The translations under genes and the position numbers were made by a program. Of a DNA stretch of 64,000 nucleotides, positions 39,701 to 53,800 are shown in pieces; position 1 is the first letter of the stretch; every line of letters starts with the position of its first letter. The stretch comes from Eledone cirrhosa. Taxonomy: Eukaryota. The stretch spans positions 20,460,001 through 20,524,000 of the forward strand of contig OZ024752.1 of the NCBI GenBank assembly GCA_964016885.1, written 5' to 3'. The notes under the pieces are model-generated. The model was not told where the DNA came from and ran no database searches. It saw nothing but the letters and a program-made list of their open reading frames with translations.

Positions 39701-41400
39701 AAACCAACCATATCAGCCCAGCTTTCTCTCACCTCTTTCTCTTCAAACCTGCCATATCTGTCCAGAATTCTCTCACCTCTTTCTCTTCAAACTATTCATA
39801 TCTAGCCAGAATTCTCTCACCGCTTTCTCTTCAAACTTGCCATATTCAACCAGAATTCTCTAGCCTCTTTCTCTTCAAACCAGTCATACCCAGCCAGAAC
39901 TCTTTCACCCCTTTCTCTTCAAACCAGCCATATGTGGCCAGAATTCTCTCACCTCTTTCTCTTCAAACCGGCCATATCCTGCCAGAATTCTGTCACCTCT
40001 TTCTATTCAAACCTGCCATATCTGGCAAGAATTCTCTCACCTCTTTCTCTTCAAACCATTCATATCCAGCCAGAATTCTCTCACCTCTTTCTCTTCAAAC
40101 CGGCCATATCCAGCCAGAATTCTCTCACGTCCTTCTCTTCAAACCAACTATATTTGGTCAGAATTCTCTCACCTCTTTCTCTTCAAACCTGCCATATCAA
40201 ACCAGAATTCTTTCAACTCTTTCTCTTCAAACCGACCTTATGCAGCCAGAATTCTCTCACTTCTTTCTCTTCAAACCTGTCATATCTGGCCAGAATTCTC
40301 TCACGTCCTTCTCTTCAAACCAACTATATTTGGTCAGAATTCTCTCACCTCTTTCTCTTCAAACTTGACATATCTGGACAGAATTCTCCCACCTCTTTCT
40401 CTTCAAACCTCCCATATATGTGCCACAATTCTCTCAACTCTTTCTCTTCAAACCAGTCTTATCCAGCCAGAATTCTCTCTCCTCTTTGTCTTTAAACCGG
40501 CCATATCTGGCCAGAATTCTCTTAGATCTTTCTCTTCAAACCGGTCATACCCAGCTAGAATTATCTCACCTCTTTCTCTTCAAATCTGTCACATCTGGCC
40601 AGCATTCTCTCACCTCTTTCTCTTCAAAGCAGTCATATCCAGCCAGAATTCTCTCACCTCTTTCTCTTCAAACCTGCCATATCCAGCCAGAATTCTCTCA
40701 CATCTTTCTCTTCAAACCAGTCATATCCAGCCAGATTTCTCTCCCCTCTTTCTCTTCAAACTGGCCATATCTGGCCAGAATTCTCTCACCTCTCCTATTC
40801 AAACCTGCCATATCCAACCATAATTCTCTCACATCTTTCTCTTCAAACCTGCCATATCCAGCCAAAATTCTCTCACCTCTTTCTCCTCAAAACTGCCATA
40901 TCTGTGCCAGAATTCTCTCACCTCTTTCTCTCCAAACCTGCCATATCCAACCAGAATTCTCTCACATCTTTCTCTTCAAACCAGTCATATCCAGCCAAAA
41001 TTCTCTCACCTCTTTCTTTTAAACTGGCGATATCTGGCCCGAATTCTCTCACTTCTTTCTCGTCAAACCAGTCATACCCAGCCAGAATTCTTTCACCCCT
41101 TTCTCTTCAAACCTGCCATATCTGGCCAGAATTCTCTCACCTCTTTCTCTTCAAATCTGTCACATCTGGCCAGAATTCTCTCACCTCTTTCTCTTCAAAG
41201 CAGTCATATCCAGCCAGAATTCTCTCAGCTCTTCTCTTCAAACCTGCCATATCCAGCCAGAATTCTCTCACTTCTTTCTCTTCAAACCTGCCATATCCAG
41301 CCAGAATTCTCTCACCTCTTTCTCTTCAAACCTGCCATATCCAGCCAGATTTCTCTCACCTCTTTCTCTTCAAACCGGCCATATCTGGCCAGAATTCTCT
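30800..41400. repeat. Higher-order block with ~3.3-kb period (3345 and 3255 bp, sum 6600 bp = 150 monomer lengths)
   Basis: Marker GAATCTTCTAAATTC at 32989, 36334 and 39589. ORFs recur at 33332/36677/39932 and 33765/37110/40365. 31801-34020 is nearly identical to 38401-40620. Confidence 0.88.
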
Positions 41401-41859
41401 CACCTCTTCACTTCGAACCTGCCATATCCAACCAGAATTCTCTCACATCTTTCTCTTCAAACCAGTCATATCCAGCCAAATTTCTCTCACCTCCTTCTCT
41501 TCAAACCTGTCATATCCAGCCAGATTTCTCTCACCTCTTTCTCTTCAAAACAATCATATCCAGCCAGAATTCTCTCACTTCTTTCTCTTCAAACCTACCA
41601 TATGTGGCCAGAATTCTCTCACCTCTCTCTCTGTTCAAACTTGCCATATCTGGCCCGAATTCTCTCACCCCTTTCTCTTCAAACTTGACATATCCGGACA
41701 GAATTCTCCCACCGCTTTCTCTTCAAACCTCCCATATATGTGCCACAATTCTCTCACCTCTTTCTCTCAAACCTGCAATATCTGGCCAGAATTCTCTCAC
41801 TTCTTTCTCTTCAAACTTGCCATATCCAGCCAGAATTCTCTCACCTCTTTCTCTTCAAA

Positions 41860-44800
41860 CCTGCCATATCCAACCAGAATTCTCTCACATCTTTCTCTTC
41901 AAACTTGCCATATCTGGCCAGAATTCTCTCACCTCTTTCTCTTCAAACCGGCCATATCTGGTCAGAATTCTCAGACTTCTTTCTCTTTAAACCTGCCATA
42001 TCCAATCAGAATTCTCTCAACTCTTTCTCTTCAAACCTTCCATATCCAGCCAGAATTCTCTCACCTCCTTCTCTTCAAACCTGCCATATCCAGGCAGTAT
42101 TCTCTCACCTCTTTCTCTCAAAGCTGCCATATCTGGCCAGAATTCTCTCACATCTTTCTCTTCAAACCTGCCATATCCAGCCAGAATTCTCTCACGTCTT
42201 TTCCTTCAAAACTGCCACATCCAACCAGAATTCTCACACCTCTTTCTTTTAAAACCTGCCATATCCAGCCAGAATTCTCACACCTCTCTCTCTTCAAGCC
42301 TGACATATGTGCCCAGAATTCTCTCACCTCTTTCTGTTGAAGCCTGACATATCTGGTCAGAATTCTCACACCTCTTTCTCTTCAAACTTGACATATCCGG
42401 ACAGAATTCTCTCACCTCTTTCTCTTCAAACCGGCCATATCCAGCCAGAGTTCTCTCACCTCTTTCTCTTCAAACCTGTCATATCTGACCAGATTTCTGT
42501 CACCTCTTTCTATTCAAACCAGCCATATCCAGCCAGAATTCTCTCACCTCTTTCTCTTCAAACCCGCCATATCTGGCCAGAATTCTCACACCTCTTTCTC
42601 TTCAAACCAGCCACATCTGGCCAGAATTCTCTCACCTCTTTCACTTCAAACCTGCCATATCCAGCCAGAATTCTCTCACCTCTTTCTCTTCAAACCTGTC
42701 ATATCCCACCAGAATTCTCTCACATCTTTCTCTTCAAACCAGCCATATGTGGTTAGAATTCTCTCACCTCTTTCTCATCAAACCAGTCATACCCAGCCAG
42801 AATTCTTTCACCCTTTTCTCTTCAAATCTGTCATATCAAGCCAAAATCTCTCACCTCTTTCTCTTCAAACCTGCCATATCGAGCCAGATTTCTCTCACCT
42901 CTTTCTCTTCAAACCGGCCATATCTGGCCAGAATTCTCTCACCTCTTCTCTTCAAACCTGCCATATCTGGCCAGAATTCTCTCACCTCTTCTCTTCAAAC
43001 CTGCCATATCCAGCCAGATTTCTCTCACCTCTTTCTCTTCAAACCTGCCATATCTGGCCAGAATTCTCTCACCTCTTCTCTTCAAACCTGCCATATCCAA
43101 CCAGAATTCTCTCACATCTTTCACTTCAAACCTGCCATATCCAGCCAGAATTTTCTCACCTCTTTCTCTTAAAACCTGTCATATCCAACCAGAATTCTCT
43201 CACATCTTTCTCTTCAAACCAGCCATATGTGGCCAGAATTATCTCACCTCTTTCTCTTCAAACCTCCCATATCCAGCCAGAATTCTCTCACCTCTTTCTC
43301 TTCAAACCTCCCATATCTGGGCAGAATTCTCTCACCTCTTTCTCTTCAAACCTCCCATATCTGGGCAGAATTCTCTCACCTCTTTCTCTTCAAACCTGCC
43401 ATATCCAGCCAGATTTCTCTCACCTCTTTCTCTTGAAACCGGCCATATCTGGCCAGAATTCTCTCACCTCTCCTATTCAAACCTGCCATATCCAACCATA
43501 ATTCTCTCACATCTTTCTCTTCAAACCTGCCATATCCAGCCAAAATTCTCTCACCTCTTTCTCCTCAAAACTGCCATATCTGTGCCAGAATTCTCTCACC
43601 TCTTTCTCTCCAAACCTGCCATATCCAACCAGAATTCTCTCACATCTTTCTCTTCAAACCAGTCATATCCAGCCAAAATTCTCTCAACCTCTTTCTTTTA
43701 AACTGGCGATATCTGGCCCGAATTCTCTCACTTCTTTCTCGTCAAACCAGTCATACCCAGCCAGAATTCTTTCACCCCTTTCTCTTCAAACCTGCCATAT
43801 CTGGCCAGAATTGTCTCACCTCTTTCTCTTCAAAGCAGTCATATCCAGCCAGAATTCTCTCAGCTCTTCTCTTCAAACCTGCCATATCCAGCCAGAATTC
43901 TCTCACCTCTTTCTCTTCAAACCTGCCATATCCAGCCAGAATTCTCTCACCTCTTTCTCTTCAAACCTGCCATATCCAGCCAGATTTATCTCACCTCTTT
44001 CTCTTCAAACCGGCCATATCTGGCCAGAATTCTCTCAGCTCTTCACTTCAAACCTGCCATATCCAACCAGAATTCTCTCACATCTTTCTCTTCAAACTTG
44101 CCATATCTGGCCAGAATTCTCTCACCTCTTTCTCTTCAAACCGGCCATATCTGGTCAGAATTCTCAGACTTCTTTCTCTTTAAACCTGCCATATCCAATC
44201 AGAATTCTCTCAACTCTTTCTCTTCAAACCTTCCATATCCAGCCAGAATTCTCTCACCTCCTTCTCTTCAAACCTGCCATATCCAGGCAGTATTCTCTCA
44301 CCTCTTTCTCTCAAAGCTGCCATATCTGGCCAGAATTCTCTCACATCTTTCTCTTCAAACCTGCCATATCCAGCCAGAATTCTCTCACGTCTTTTCCTTC
44401 AAAACTGCCACATCCAACCAGAATTCTCACACCTCTTTCTTTTAAAACCTGCCATATCCAGCCAGAATTCTCACACCTCTCTCTCTTCAAGCCTGACATA
44501 TGTGCCCAGAATTCTCTCACCTCTTTCTGTTGAAGCCTGACATATCTGGTCAGAATTCTCACACCTCTTTCTCTTCAAACTTGACATATCCGGACAGAAT
44601 TCTCTCACCTCTTTCTCTTCAAACCGGCCATATCCAGCCAGAATTCTCTCACCTCTTTCTCTTCAAACCTGTCATATCTGACCAGATTTCTGTCACCTCT
44701 TTCTATTCAAACCAGCCATATCCAGCCAGAATTCTCTCACCTCTTTCTCTTCAAACCCGCCATATCTGGCCAGAATTCTCACACCTCTTTCTCTTCAAAC

Positions 44801-47800
44801 CAGCCACATCTGGCCAGAATTCTCTCACCTCTTTCACTTCAAACCTGCCATATCCAGCCAGAATTCTCTCACCTCTTTCTCTTCAAACCTGTCATATCCC
44901 ACCAGAATTCTCTCACATCTTTATCTTCATACCAGCCATATGTGGTTAGAATTCTCTCACCTCTTTCTCATCAAACCAGTCATACCCAGCCAGAATTCTT
45001 TCACCCTTTTCTCTTCAAATCTGTCATATCAAGCCAAAATCTCTCACCTCTTTCTCTTCAAACCTGCCATATCGAGCCAGATTTCTCTCACCTCTTTCTC
45101 TTCAAACCGGCCATATCTGGCCAGAATTCTCTCACCTCTTCTCTTCAAACCTGCCATATCTGGCCAGAATTCTCTCACCTCTTCTCTTCAAACCTGCCAT
45201 ATCCAGCCAGATTTCTCTCACCTCTTTCTTTTCAAACCTGCCATATCTGGCCAGAATTCTCTCACCTCTTCTCTTCAAACCTGCCATATCCAACCAGAAT
45301 TCTCTCACATCTTTCACTTCAAACCTGCCATATCCAGCCAGAATTCTCTCACCTCTTTCTCTTCAAACCTGTCATATCCAACCAGAATTCTCTCACATCT
45401 TTCTCTTCAAACCAGCCATATGTGGCCAGAATTATCTCACCTCTTTCTCTTCAAACCGGCCATATCCAGCCAGAATTCTCTCACCTCTTTCTCTTCAAAC
45501 CTGTCATATCTGACCAGATTTCTGTCACCTCTTTCTATTCAAACCTCCCATATCCAGCCAGAATTCTCTCACCTCTTTCTCTTCAAACCTCCCATATCTG
45601 GGCAGAATTCTCTCACCTCTTTCTCTTCAAACCTCCCATATCTGGGCAGAATTCTCTCACCTCTTTCTCTTCAAACCTGCCATATCCAGCCAGATTTCTC
45701 TCACCTCTTTCTCTTGAAACCGGCCATATCTGGCCAGAATTCTCTCACCTCTCCTATTCAAACCTGCCATATCCAACCATAATTCTCTCACATCTTTCTC
45801 TTCAAACCTGCCATATCCAGCCAAAATTCTCTCACCTCTTTCTCCTCAAAACTGCCATATCTGTGCCAGAATTCTCTCACCTCTTTCTCTCCAAACCTGC
45901 CATATCCAACAAGAATTCTCTCACATCTTTCTCTTCAAACCAGTCATATCCAGCCCAAATTCTCTCAACCTCTTTCTTTTAAACTGGCGATATCTGGCCC
46001 GAATTCTCTCACTTCTTTCTCGTCAAACCAGTCATACCCAGCCAGAATTCTTTCACCCCTTTCTCTTCAAACCTGCCATATCTGGCCAGAATTGTCTCAC
46101 CTCTTTCTCTTCAAAGCAGTCATATCCAGCCAGAATTCTCTCAGCTCTTCTCTTCAAACCTGCCATATCCAGCCAGAATTCTCTCACCTCTTTCTCTTCA
46201 AACCTGCCATATCCAGCCAGAATTCTCTCACCTCTTTCTCTTCAAACCTGCCATATCCAGCCAGATTTATCTCACCTCTTTCTCTTCAAACCGGCCATAT
46301 CTGACCAGAATTCTCTCAGCTCTTCACTTCAAACCTGCCATATCCAACCAGAATTCTCTCACATCTTTCTCTTCAAACTTGCCATATCTGGCCAGAATTC
46401 TCTCACCTCTTTCTCTTCAAACCGGCCATATCTGGTCAGAATTCTCAGACTTCTTTCTCTTTAAACCTGCCATATCCAATCAGAATTCTCTCAACTCTTT
46501 CTCTTCAAACCTTCCATATCCAGCCAGAATTCTCTCACCTCCTTCTCTTCAAACCTGCCATATCCAGGCAGTATTCTCTCACCTCTTTCTCTCAAAGCTG
46601 CCATATCTGGCCAGAATTCTCTCACATCTTTCTCTTCAAACCTGCCATATCCAGCCAGAAATCTCTCACGTCTTTTCCTTCAAAACTGCCACATCCAACC
46701 AGAATTCTCACACCTCTTTCTTTTAAAACCTGCCATATCCAGCCAGAATTCTCACACCTCTCTCTCTTCAAGCCTGACATATGTGCCCAGAATTCTCTCA
46801 CCTCTTTCTGTTGAAGCCTGACATATCTGGTCAGAATTCTCACACCTCTTTCTCTTCAAACTTGACATATCCGGACAGAATTCTCTCACCTCTTTCTCTT
46901 CAAACCGGCCATATCCAGCCAGAGTTCTCTCACCTCTTTCTCTTCAAACCTGTCATATCTGACCAGATTTCTGTCACCTCTTTCTATTCAAACCAGCCAT
47001 ATCCAGCCAGAATTCTCTCACCTCTTTCTCTTCAAACCCGCCATATCTGGCCAGAATTCTCACACCTCTTTCTCTTCAAACCAGCCACATCTGGCCGGAA
47101 TTCTTTCACCCTTTTCTCTTCAAATCTGTCATATCAAGCCAAAATCTCTCACCTCTTTCTCTTCAAACCTGCCATATCCAGCCAGATTTCTCTCACCTCT
47201 TTCTCTTCAAACCGGCCATATCTGGCCAGAATTCTCTCACCTCTTCTCTTCAAACCTGCCATATCTGGCCAGAATTCTCTCACCTCTTCTCTTCAAACCT
47301 GCCATATCTGGCCAGAATTCTCTCACCTCTTCTCTTCAAACCTGCCATATCCAGCCAGATTTCTCTCACCTCTTTCTCTTCAAACCTGCCATATCTGGCC
47401 AGAATTCTCTCACCTCTTCTCTTCAAACCTGCCATATCCAACCAGAATTCTCTCACATCTTTCACTTCAAACCTGCCATATCCAGCCAGAATTCTCTCAC
47501 CTCTTTCTCTTCAAACCTGTCATATCCAACCAGAATTCTCTCACATCTTTCTCTTCAAACCAGCCATATGTGGCCAGAATTCTCTCACCTCTTTCTCTTC
47601 AAACCTCCCATATCCAGCCAGAATTCTCTCACCTCTTTCTCTTCAAACCTCCCATATCTGGGCAGAATTCTCTCACCTCTTTCTCTTCAAACCTCCCATA
47701 TCTGGGCAGAATTCTCTCACCTCTTTCTCTTCAAACCTCCCATATCTGGGCAGAATTCTCTCACCTCTTTCTCTTCGAACCAGCCATATCCAGCCAGAAT
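41860..47800. repeat. Higher-order block with 2193/2281-bp period (3 copies, last one partial)
   Basis: Marker TCTCAGACTTC at 41969, 44162 and 46443. Minus-strand ORFs recur at 42148/44341/46622. The two periods differ by 88 bp, i.e. 2 monomers. Confidence 0.88.
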
Positions 47801-50800
47801 TCTCTCACCTCTTTCTATTCAAACCTCCCATATCTGGGCAGAATTCTCTCACCTCTTTCTCTTCAAACCTGCCATATCTGGCCAGAATTCTCTCACCTAT
47901 TCTCTTCAGACCTGCCATATCCAGCCAGAATTCTTACACCTCTTTCTCTTCAAACCTGTCATTTCTGGCCAGAATTCTCTCACCTCTTTCTCTTCAAAAC
48001 TGCCATATCCAGCCAGAATTCTCTCACTTCTTTCTGTTCTAAACTGTCATATCTGGCCAGATTTCTCTCACCTCTTTCTCTTCAAACCAGTCATATCCAG
48101 CCAGATTTATTTCACTTCTTTCTCTTCAAACCTCCCATATCCAGCCAGAATTCTCTCACCTCTTTCTCTTCAAACCTCCCATATCTGGGCAGAATTCTCT
48201 CACCTCTTTCTCTTCAAACCTCCCATATCTGGCCAGAATTCTCTCACCTCCTTCTCTTCAAACCAACCATATCTGGTCAGAATTCTCTCACCTCTTTCTC
48301 TTCAAACCTCCCATATATGTGTCAGAATTCTCTCACCTCTTTCTCTTCAAACCTCCCATATATGTGTCAGAATTCTCTCACCTCTTTCTCTTCAAACCAG
48401 TCTTAACCAGCCAGAATTCTCTCACCTCTTTCTCTTTAAACTGGCCATATCTGGCCAGAATTCTCTCACCTCTTTCTGTTCGAACCTGCCTTATCCAGCC
48501 AAAATTCTCTCACCTCTTTCTCTTCAAACCTGCCATATCTGGCCAGAATTCTCTCACCTCTTTCTCTTCAAACCTGCCATATCTGGCCAGAATTCTCTCA
48601 CCTCTTTCTCTTCAAACCTGCCATATCTGGCCAGAATTCTCTCACCTCTTTCTCTTTAAACCTGCCATATCTGGCCAGAATTCTCTCACCTCTTTCTCTT
48701 CAAAACTGCCATATCCAGCCATAATTCTCTAACCTCTTTCTCTTCAAACCGGCCATATCCAGCCAGAATTCTCTCACTTCTTTCTCTTCAAACCTGTGAT
48801 ATCTGGCCAGAATTCTCTCACCTCCTTCTCTTCAAACCAACCATATCTGGTGAGAATTCTCTCACCGCTTTCTCTTCAAACTTGACATATCCGGACAGAA
48901 TTCTCTCACCTCTTTCTCTCCAAACCTCCTATATATGTGCCAGAATTCTCTCACCTCTTTCTCTTCAAACTATTCATATCAAGCCAGATTTCTCTCACTT
49001 CTTTCTCTTCAAACCTGTCATATCAGGCCAGAATTCACTCACCTCTTTCTCTTCAAACCTGCCATATCTGGCCAGAATTCTCTCACCTCTTTCTCTTCAA
49101 ACCTGCCATATCCAGCCAGAATTCTGTCATCTCTTTTTCTTCAAAACTGCCATATCCAACCAGAATCCTCACACCTCTTTCTCTTCAAACCTGCCATGTA
49201 TGGCCAGATTTCTCTCACCTATTTCTCTTCAAACCAGTCATATCAAGCCAGATTTCTCTCACTTCTTTCTCTTCAAACCTGTCATATCAGGCCAGAATTC
49301 ACTCACCTCTTTCTCTTCAAACCTGCCATATCTGGCCAGAATTCTGTCACCTCTTTCTATTCAAACTGGCCATATCCAGCCAGAATTCTCTCTCCTCTTT
49401 CTCTTCAAACCAGTCTTATCAGGCCAGAATTCTCTCACCTCTTTCTCTTCATACCAGTCATACCCAGCCAGAATTCGTTCACCCCTTTCTCTTCAAACCA
49501 GTCATATATGGCCAGAATTCTATCCACTCTTTCTCTTCAAACCAGTTATACCCAGCCAGAATACTTTGACCCTTTTCTCTTCAAACCAATCATATCTGGC
49601 CAGAATTCTCTCAACTCTTTCTCTTCAAACCAGTCATACCCAGCCAGAATTCTTTCCCCCCTTTCTCTTCAAACCAGTCACATCTGGCCAGAATTCTCTC
49701 AACTCTTTCTCTTCAAACCAGTCATACCCAGCCAGAATTCTTTCACCCCTTTCTCTTCAAACCAGTTTTATCTGGCCAGAATTCTCTCACCTCTTTCTCT
49801 TTAAACCGGCCATATCTGGCCAGAATTCTTTCACCTCTTTCCCTGCAAACCCATCATATCTAGCCAGAATTCTATAACTTCTTTCTCTTCAAACCAGTCA
49901 TATCCAGCCAGAATTCTCACACCACTTTCTCTTCAAAATTGCCATATCTGCCCAGAATTCTCCCACCTCTTTCTCTTCAAACCTGCCATATACAGCCAGT
50001 ATTCTCTCACCTCTTTCTCTTCTAACCAGCCATATCCAGCCAGAATTCTCTCACGTCTTTCTCTTCAAACCTGCTATATATCCAGCCAAAATTCTATCAC
50101 CTCTTTCTCTTCAAATCTGCCATATCTGGCCAGAATTCTCTCACGCCTTTCTCTTCAAACCTGCCATATCTGGCCAGAATTCTCTCAAATCCTTCTCTTC
50201 AAACCAACCATATCTGGTCAGAATTCGCTCACCTCTATCTCTTCAAACTTGACATATCCGGACAGAATTCTCTCACCTCTTTCTCTTCAAACCTCCCATA
50301 TATGTGCCAGAATTCTCTCATCTCTTCAAACCAGTCTTATCCAGCCAGAATTCTCTCACCTCTTTCTCTTCAAACTGGCCATATTTGGCCAGAATTCTCT
50401 CACCTATTTCTCTTCAAACCGGCCATATCTGGCCAGAATCTCTCACCTCTTTCTCTTCAAACCGGCCATATCCAGCCAGAATTCTCTCACCTCTTTCTCT
50501 TCAAACCAGTCTTATCTGGCCAGAATTCGCTCAACACTTTCTCTCCAAACCAGTCTTACCCAGCCAGAATTCTTTGACCCTTTTCTCTTCAAACCAGTCA
50601 TATCTGACAAGAATTCTCTCAACTCTTTCTCTTCAAACGTGTGATACCCAGATAGAATTCTTTCACCCCTTTCTCTTCAAACCAGTCTTATCTGGCCAGA
50701 ATTCTCTCAACTCTTTCTCTTCAAACCAGTCATACCCAGCCAGAATTGTTTCACCCCTTTTTCTTCAAACCAGTCATATCTGTCCAGAATTCTCTCAACT

Positions 50801-53800
50801 CTTTCTCTTTAAACCTGCCATATCATGCCAGAATTCTCTCACGTCTTTCTCTTCAAGCCAGTCATACCCAGCCAGAATTCTTTCACCACTTTCTCTTCAA
50901 ACCAGTCATATCTGGCCAGAATTCTCTGACCGCTTTCTCTTCAAACCAGTCATACCCAGCCAGAAGTCTCTCACCCCTTTCTCTTCAAACCGGCCATATC
51001 TGGCCAGTATTCTCTCACCTCTTTCTCTTCAAACCAGCCATATCAGGCCAGAATTCTCTCACCTCTTTCTCTTCAAGCCGGCCATGTCTGGCCAGAATTC
51101 TCTCACCTCTTTCTCTTCAAACCTGTCATGTCTGGCAGTATTCTCTCTCCTCTCTCTCTTCACACCAGCCATAACCAGCCAGAATACTCTCACCTCTTTC
51201 TCTTCAAACCTGCCATATCCAGCCAGAATTCTCACACGTCTTTCTCTTTAAACCTGCCATATCTTGCCAGAATTCTCTCACCTCTTTCTCTTCAAACCTG
51301 CCATATCCAGCCAGAATTCTCTGACCTTTTTCTCGTTAAAACTGCCATATACAGCCAGAATTCTCTCTTTTCTTTCTCTTCAAACCAGTCATATCCAGCC
51401 AGAATTCTCTCACCTCTTTCTCTTGAAACAAGTCATATCCAGCCAGATATATTTCACTTCTTTCTCGTCAAACCTGTCATATCTGGCCAGAATTCTCTCA
51501 CCTCCTTCTCTTCAAACCAACCATATCTGGTCAGAGTTCTCTCACCTATTTCTCTTTAAACTTGACATATCCAGACAGAATTCTCTCACCTCTTTCTCTT
51601 CAAACCTCCCATATATGTGTCAGAATTCTCTCACCTCCTTCTCTTCAAACCAGTCTTATCCAGCCAGAATTCTCTCACCTCTTTCTCTTCAAACCTGTCA
51701 TATCTGGCCAGAATTCTCTCACCTCTTTCTCTTCTAACCAGCCATCTCCAGCCAGAATTCTCTCACGTCTTTCTCTTCAAACCTGCTATATATCCAGCCA
51801 AAATTCTATCACCTCTTTCTCTTCAAACCAGCCATATCTGGCCAGAATTCTCTCACGTCTTTCTCTTCAAACCTGCCATATCCAGCCAGAATTCTCTCAC
51901 CTCTTTTTCTTCAAAACTGCCATATCCAGCCAGAATTCTCACACTTCTTTCTCTTCAAACCTGCCATATCTGGCCAGAATTCTCACACCTCTTTCTCTTC
52001 AAACCGGCCATATCCAGCCAGAATTCTATCACTTCTTTCTCTTCAAACATGTCATATCTGGCCAGAATTCTCTCCCCTCTTTCTCTTCAAACCAGTCTTA
52101 TCCAGCCAGAATTCTCTCACCTCTTTCTCTTTAAACTGGCCACATCTGGTCAGAATTCTCTCACCTCTTTCTCTTCAAACCGGCCATATCTGGCCAGAAT
52201 TCTCTCACCTCTTTCTCTTCAAACCGGCCATATCCAGCCAGAATTCTCTCACCTCTTTCTCTTCAAACCTGCCATATTCAACCCAAATTCTCTCAACTCT
52301 TTCTCTTCAAACCAGTCATACCCAGCCAGAATTCTTTCACCCCTTTCTCTTCAAACCAGTCACATCTGGCCAGAATTCTCTCAACTCTTTCTCTTCAAAC
52401 CAGTCATACCCAGCCAGAATTCTTTCACCCCTTTCTCTTCAAACCAGTCATATCTGGCCAGAATTCTCTCAACTCTTTCTCCTAACACCAGCCATATCTT
52501 GCCAGAATTCTCCCACCTCTTTCTCTTCAAACTTGCAATATCTGCCCAGATTTCTTTCACCACTTTTTCTTCAATCCTGTCATATCTGGCCAGAATTCTC
52601 TAACTTCTTTCTCTTCAAGCCAGTCATATCTGGCCAGAATTCTCTCACCTCTTTCTCTTCAAACCTGCCATATCTGGCCAGAATTCTCTCACCTCTTTCT
52701 CTTCAAACCTGCCATATCTGACCAGAATTCTCTCACCTCTTTCTCTTCAAACCAGCCCTATCCAGCCAGAATTCTCTCACGTCTTTCTCTTCAAACCTGC
52801 CATATCAATCTAGAATTCTCTCACCTCTCTCTATTCAAACCTGCCATATCTGGCCAGAATTCTCTCACCTCTTTCTCTTCAAACCATTCATATGCAGCCA
52901 GTATACTCTGACCTCTTCTCTTCAAACCGGCCATATCCAACCAGAATTCTCTCACATCTTTCTCTTCAAACCAGCCATATCTGGCCAGAATTCTCTCACC
53001 TATTTCTCTTTAAACTGGCTATATCTGGCCAGAATTCTCTCACCTCTTTCTCTTTAAACTGGCTATATCTGGCCAGAATTCTCTCACCTCTTTCTCTTCA
53101 AACCAGTCATACCCAGCCAGAATTCTTTCACCCCTTTCTCTTCAAACCAGTCATATCTTGCCAGAATTGTCTCACCCCTTTCTCTTCAAACCAGTCATAT
53201 CCTGCCACAATTCTCTGACCCCTTTCTCTTCAAACCTGTCATATCTGGCAGTATTCTCTCACCTCTTTCTCTTCAAACCTGCCATATCTGGCCAGAATTC
53301 TCACACCTCTTTCTCTTCAAACCGGCCATATCCAGCCAGAATTCTCACACCTCTTTCTCTTCAAACCTGCCATATCTTGCCAGAATTCTCTCACCTCTTT
53401 CTCTTCAAACCTGTCATATCTGGCAGTATTCTCTCACCTCTTTCTCTTCAAACCTGCCATATCCAGCCAGAATTCTCACACCTCTTTCTCTTCAAACCGG
53501 CCATATCCAGCCAGAATTCTCTCACCTCTTTCTCTTCAAACCTGCCATATCCAGCCAGAATTCTCACACCTCTTTCTCTTCAAACCGGCCATATCCAGCC
53601 AGAATTCTCTCACCTCTTTCTCTTCAAACCTGCCATATCCAGCCAGAATTCTCACACCTCTTTCTCTTCAAACCTGCCATATCTTGCCAGAATTCTCACA
53701 CCTCTTTCTCTTCAAACCTGCCATATCCAGCCAGAATTCTCCCACCTCTTTCTCTTCAAACCAGTCATATGCAGCCAGATGTCTCTCACTTCTTTCTCTT

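Noticed and set aside
42148-52563. Short minus-strand ORFs (LDMAGLKRRGERILARYGRFEEK)
   Set aside because: They arise where deletion or substitution variants happen to skip the two TGAs of the monomer. There is no independent coding evidence.
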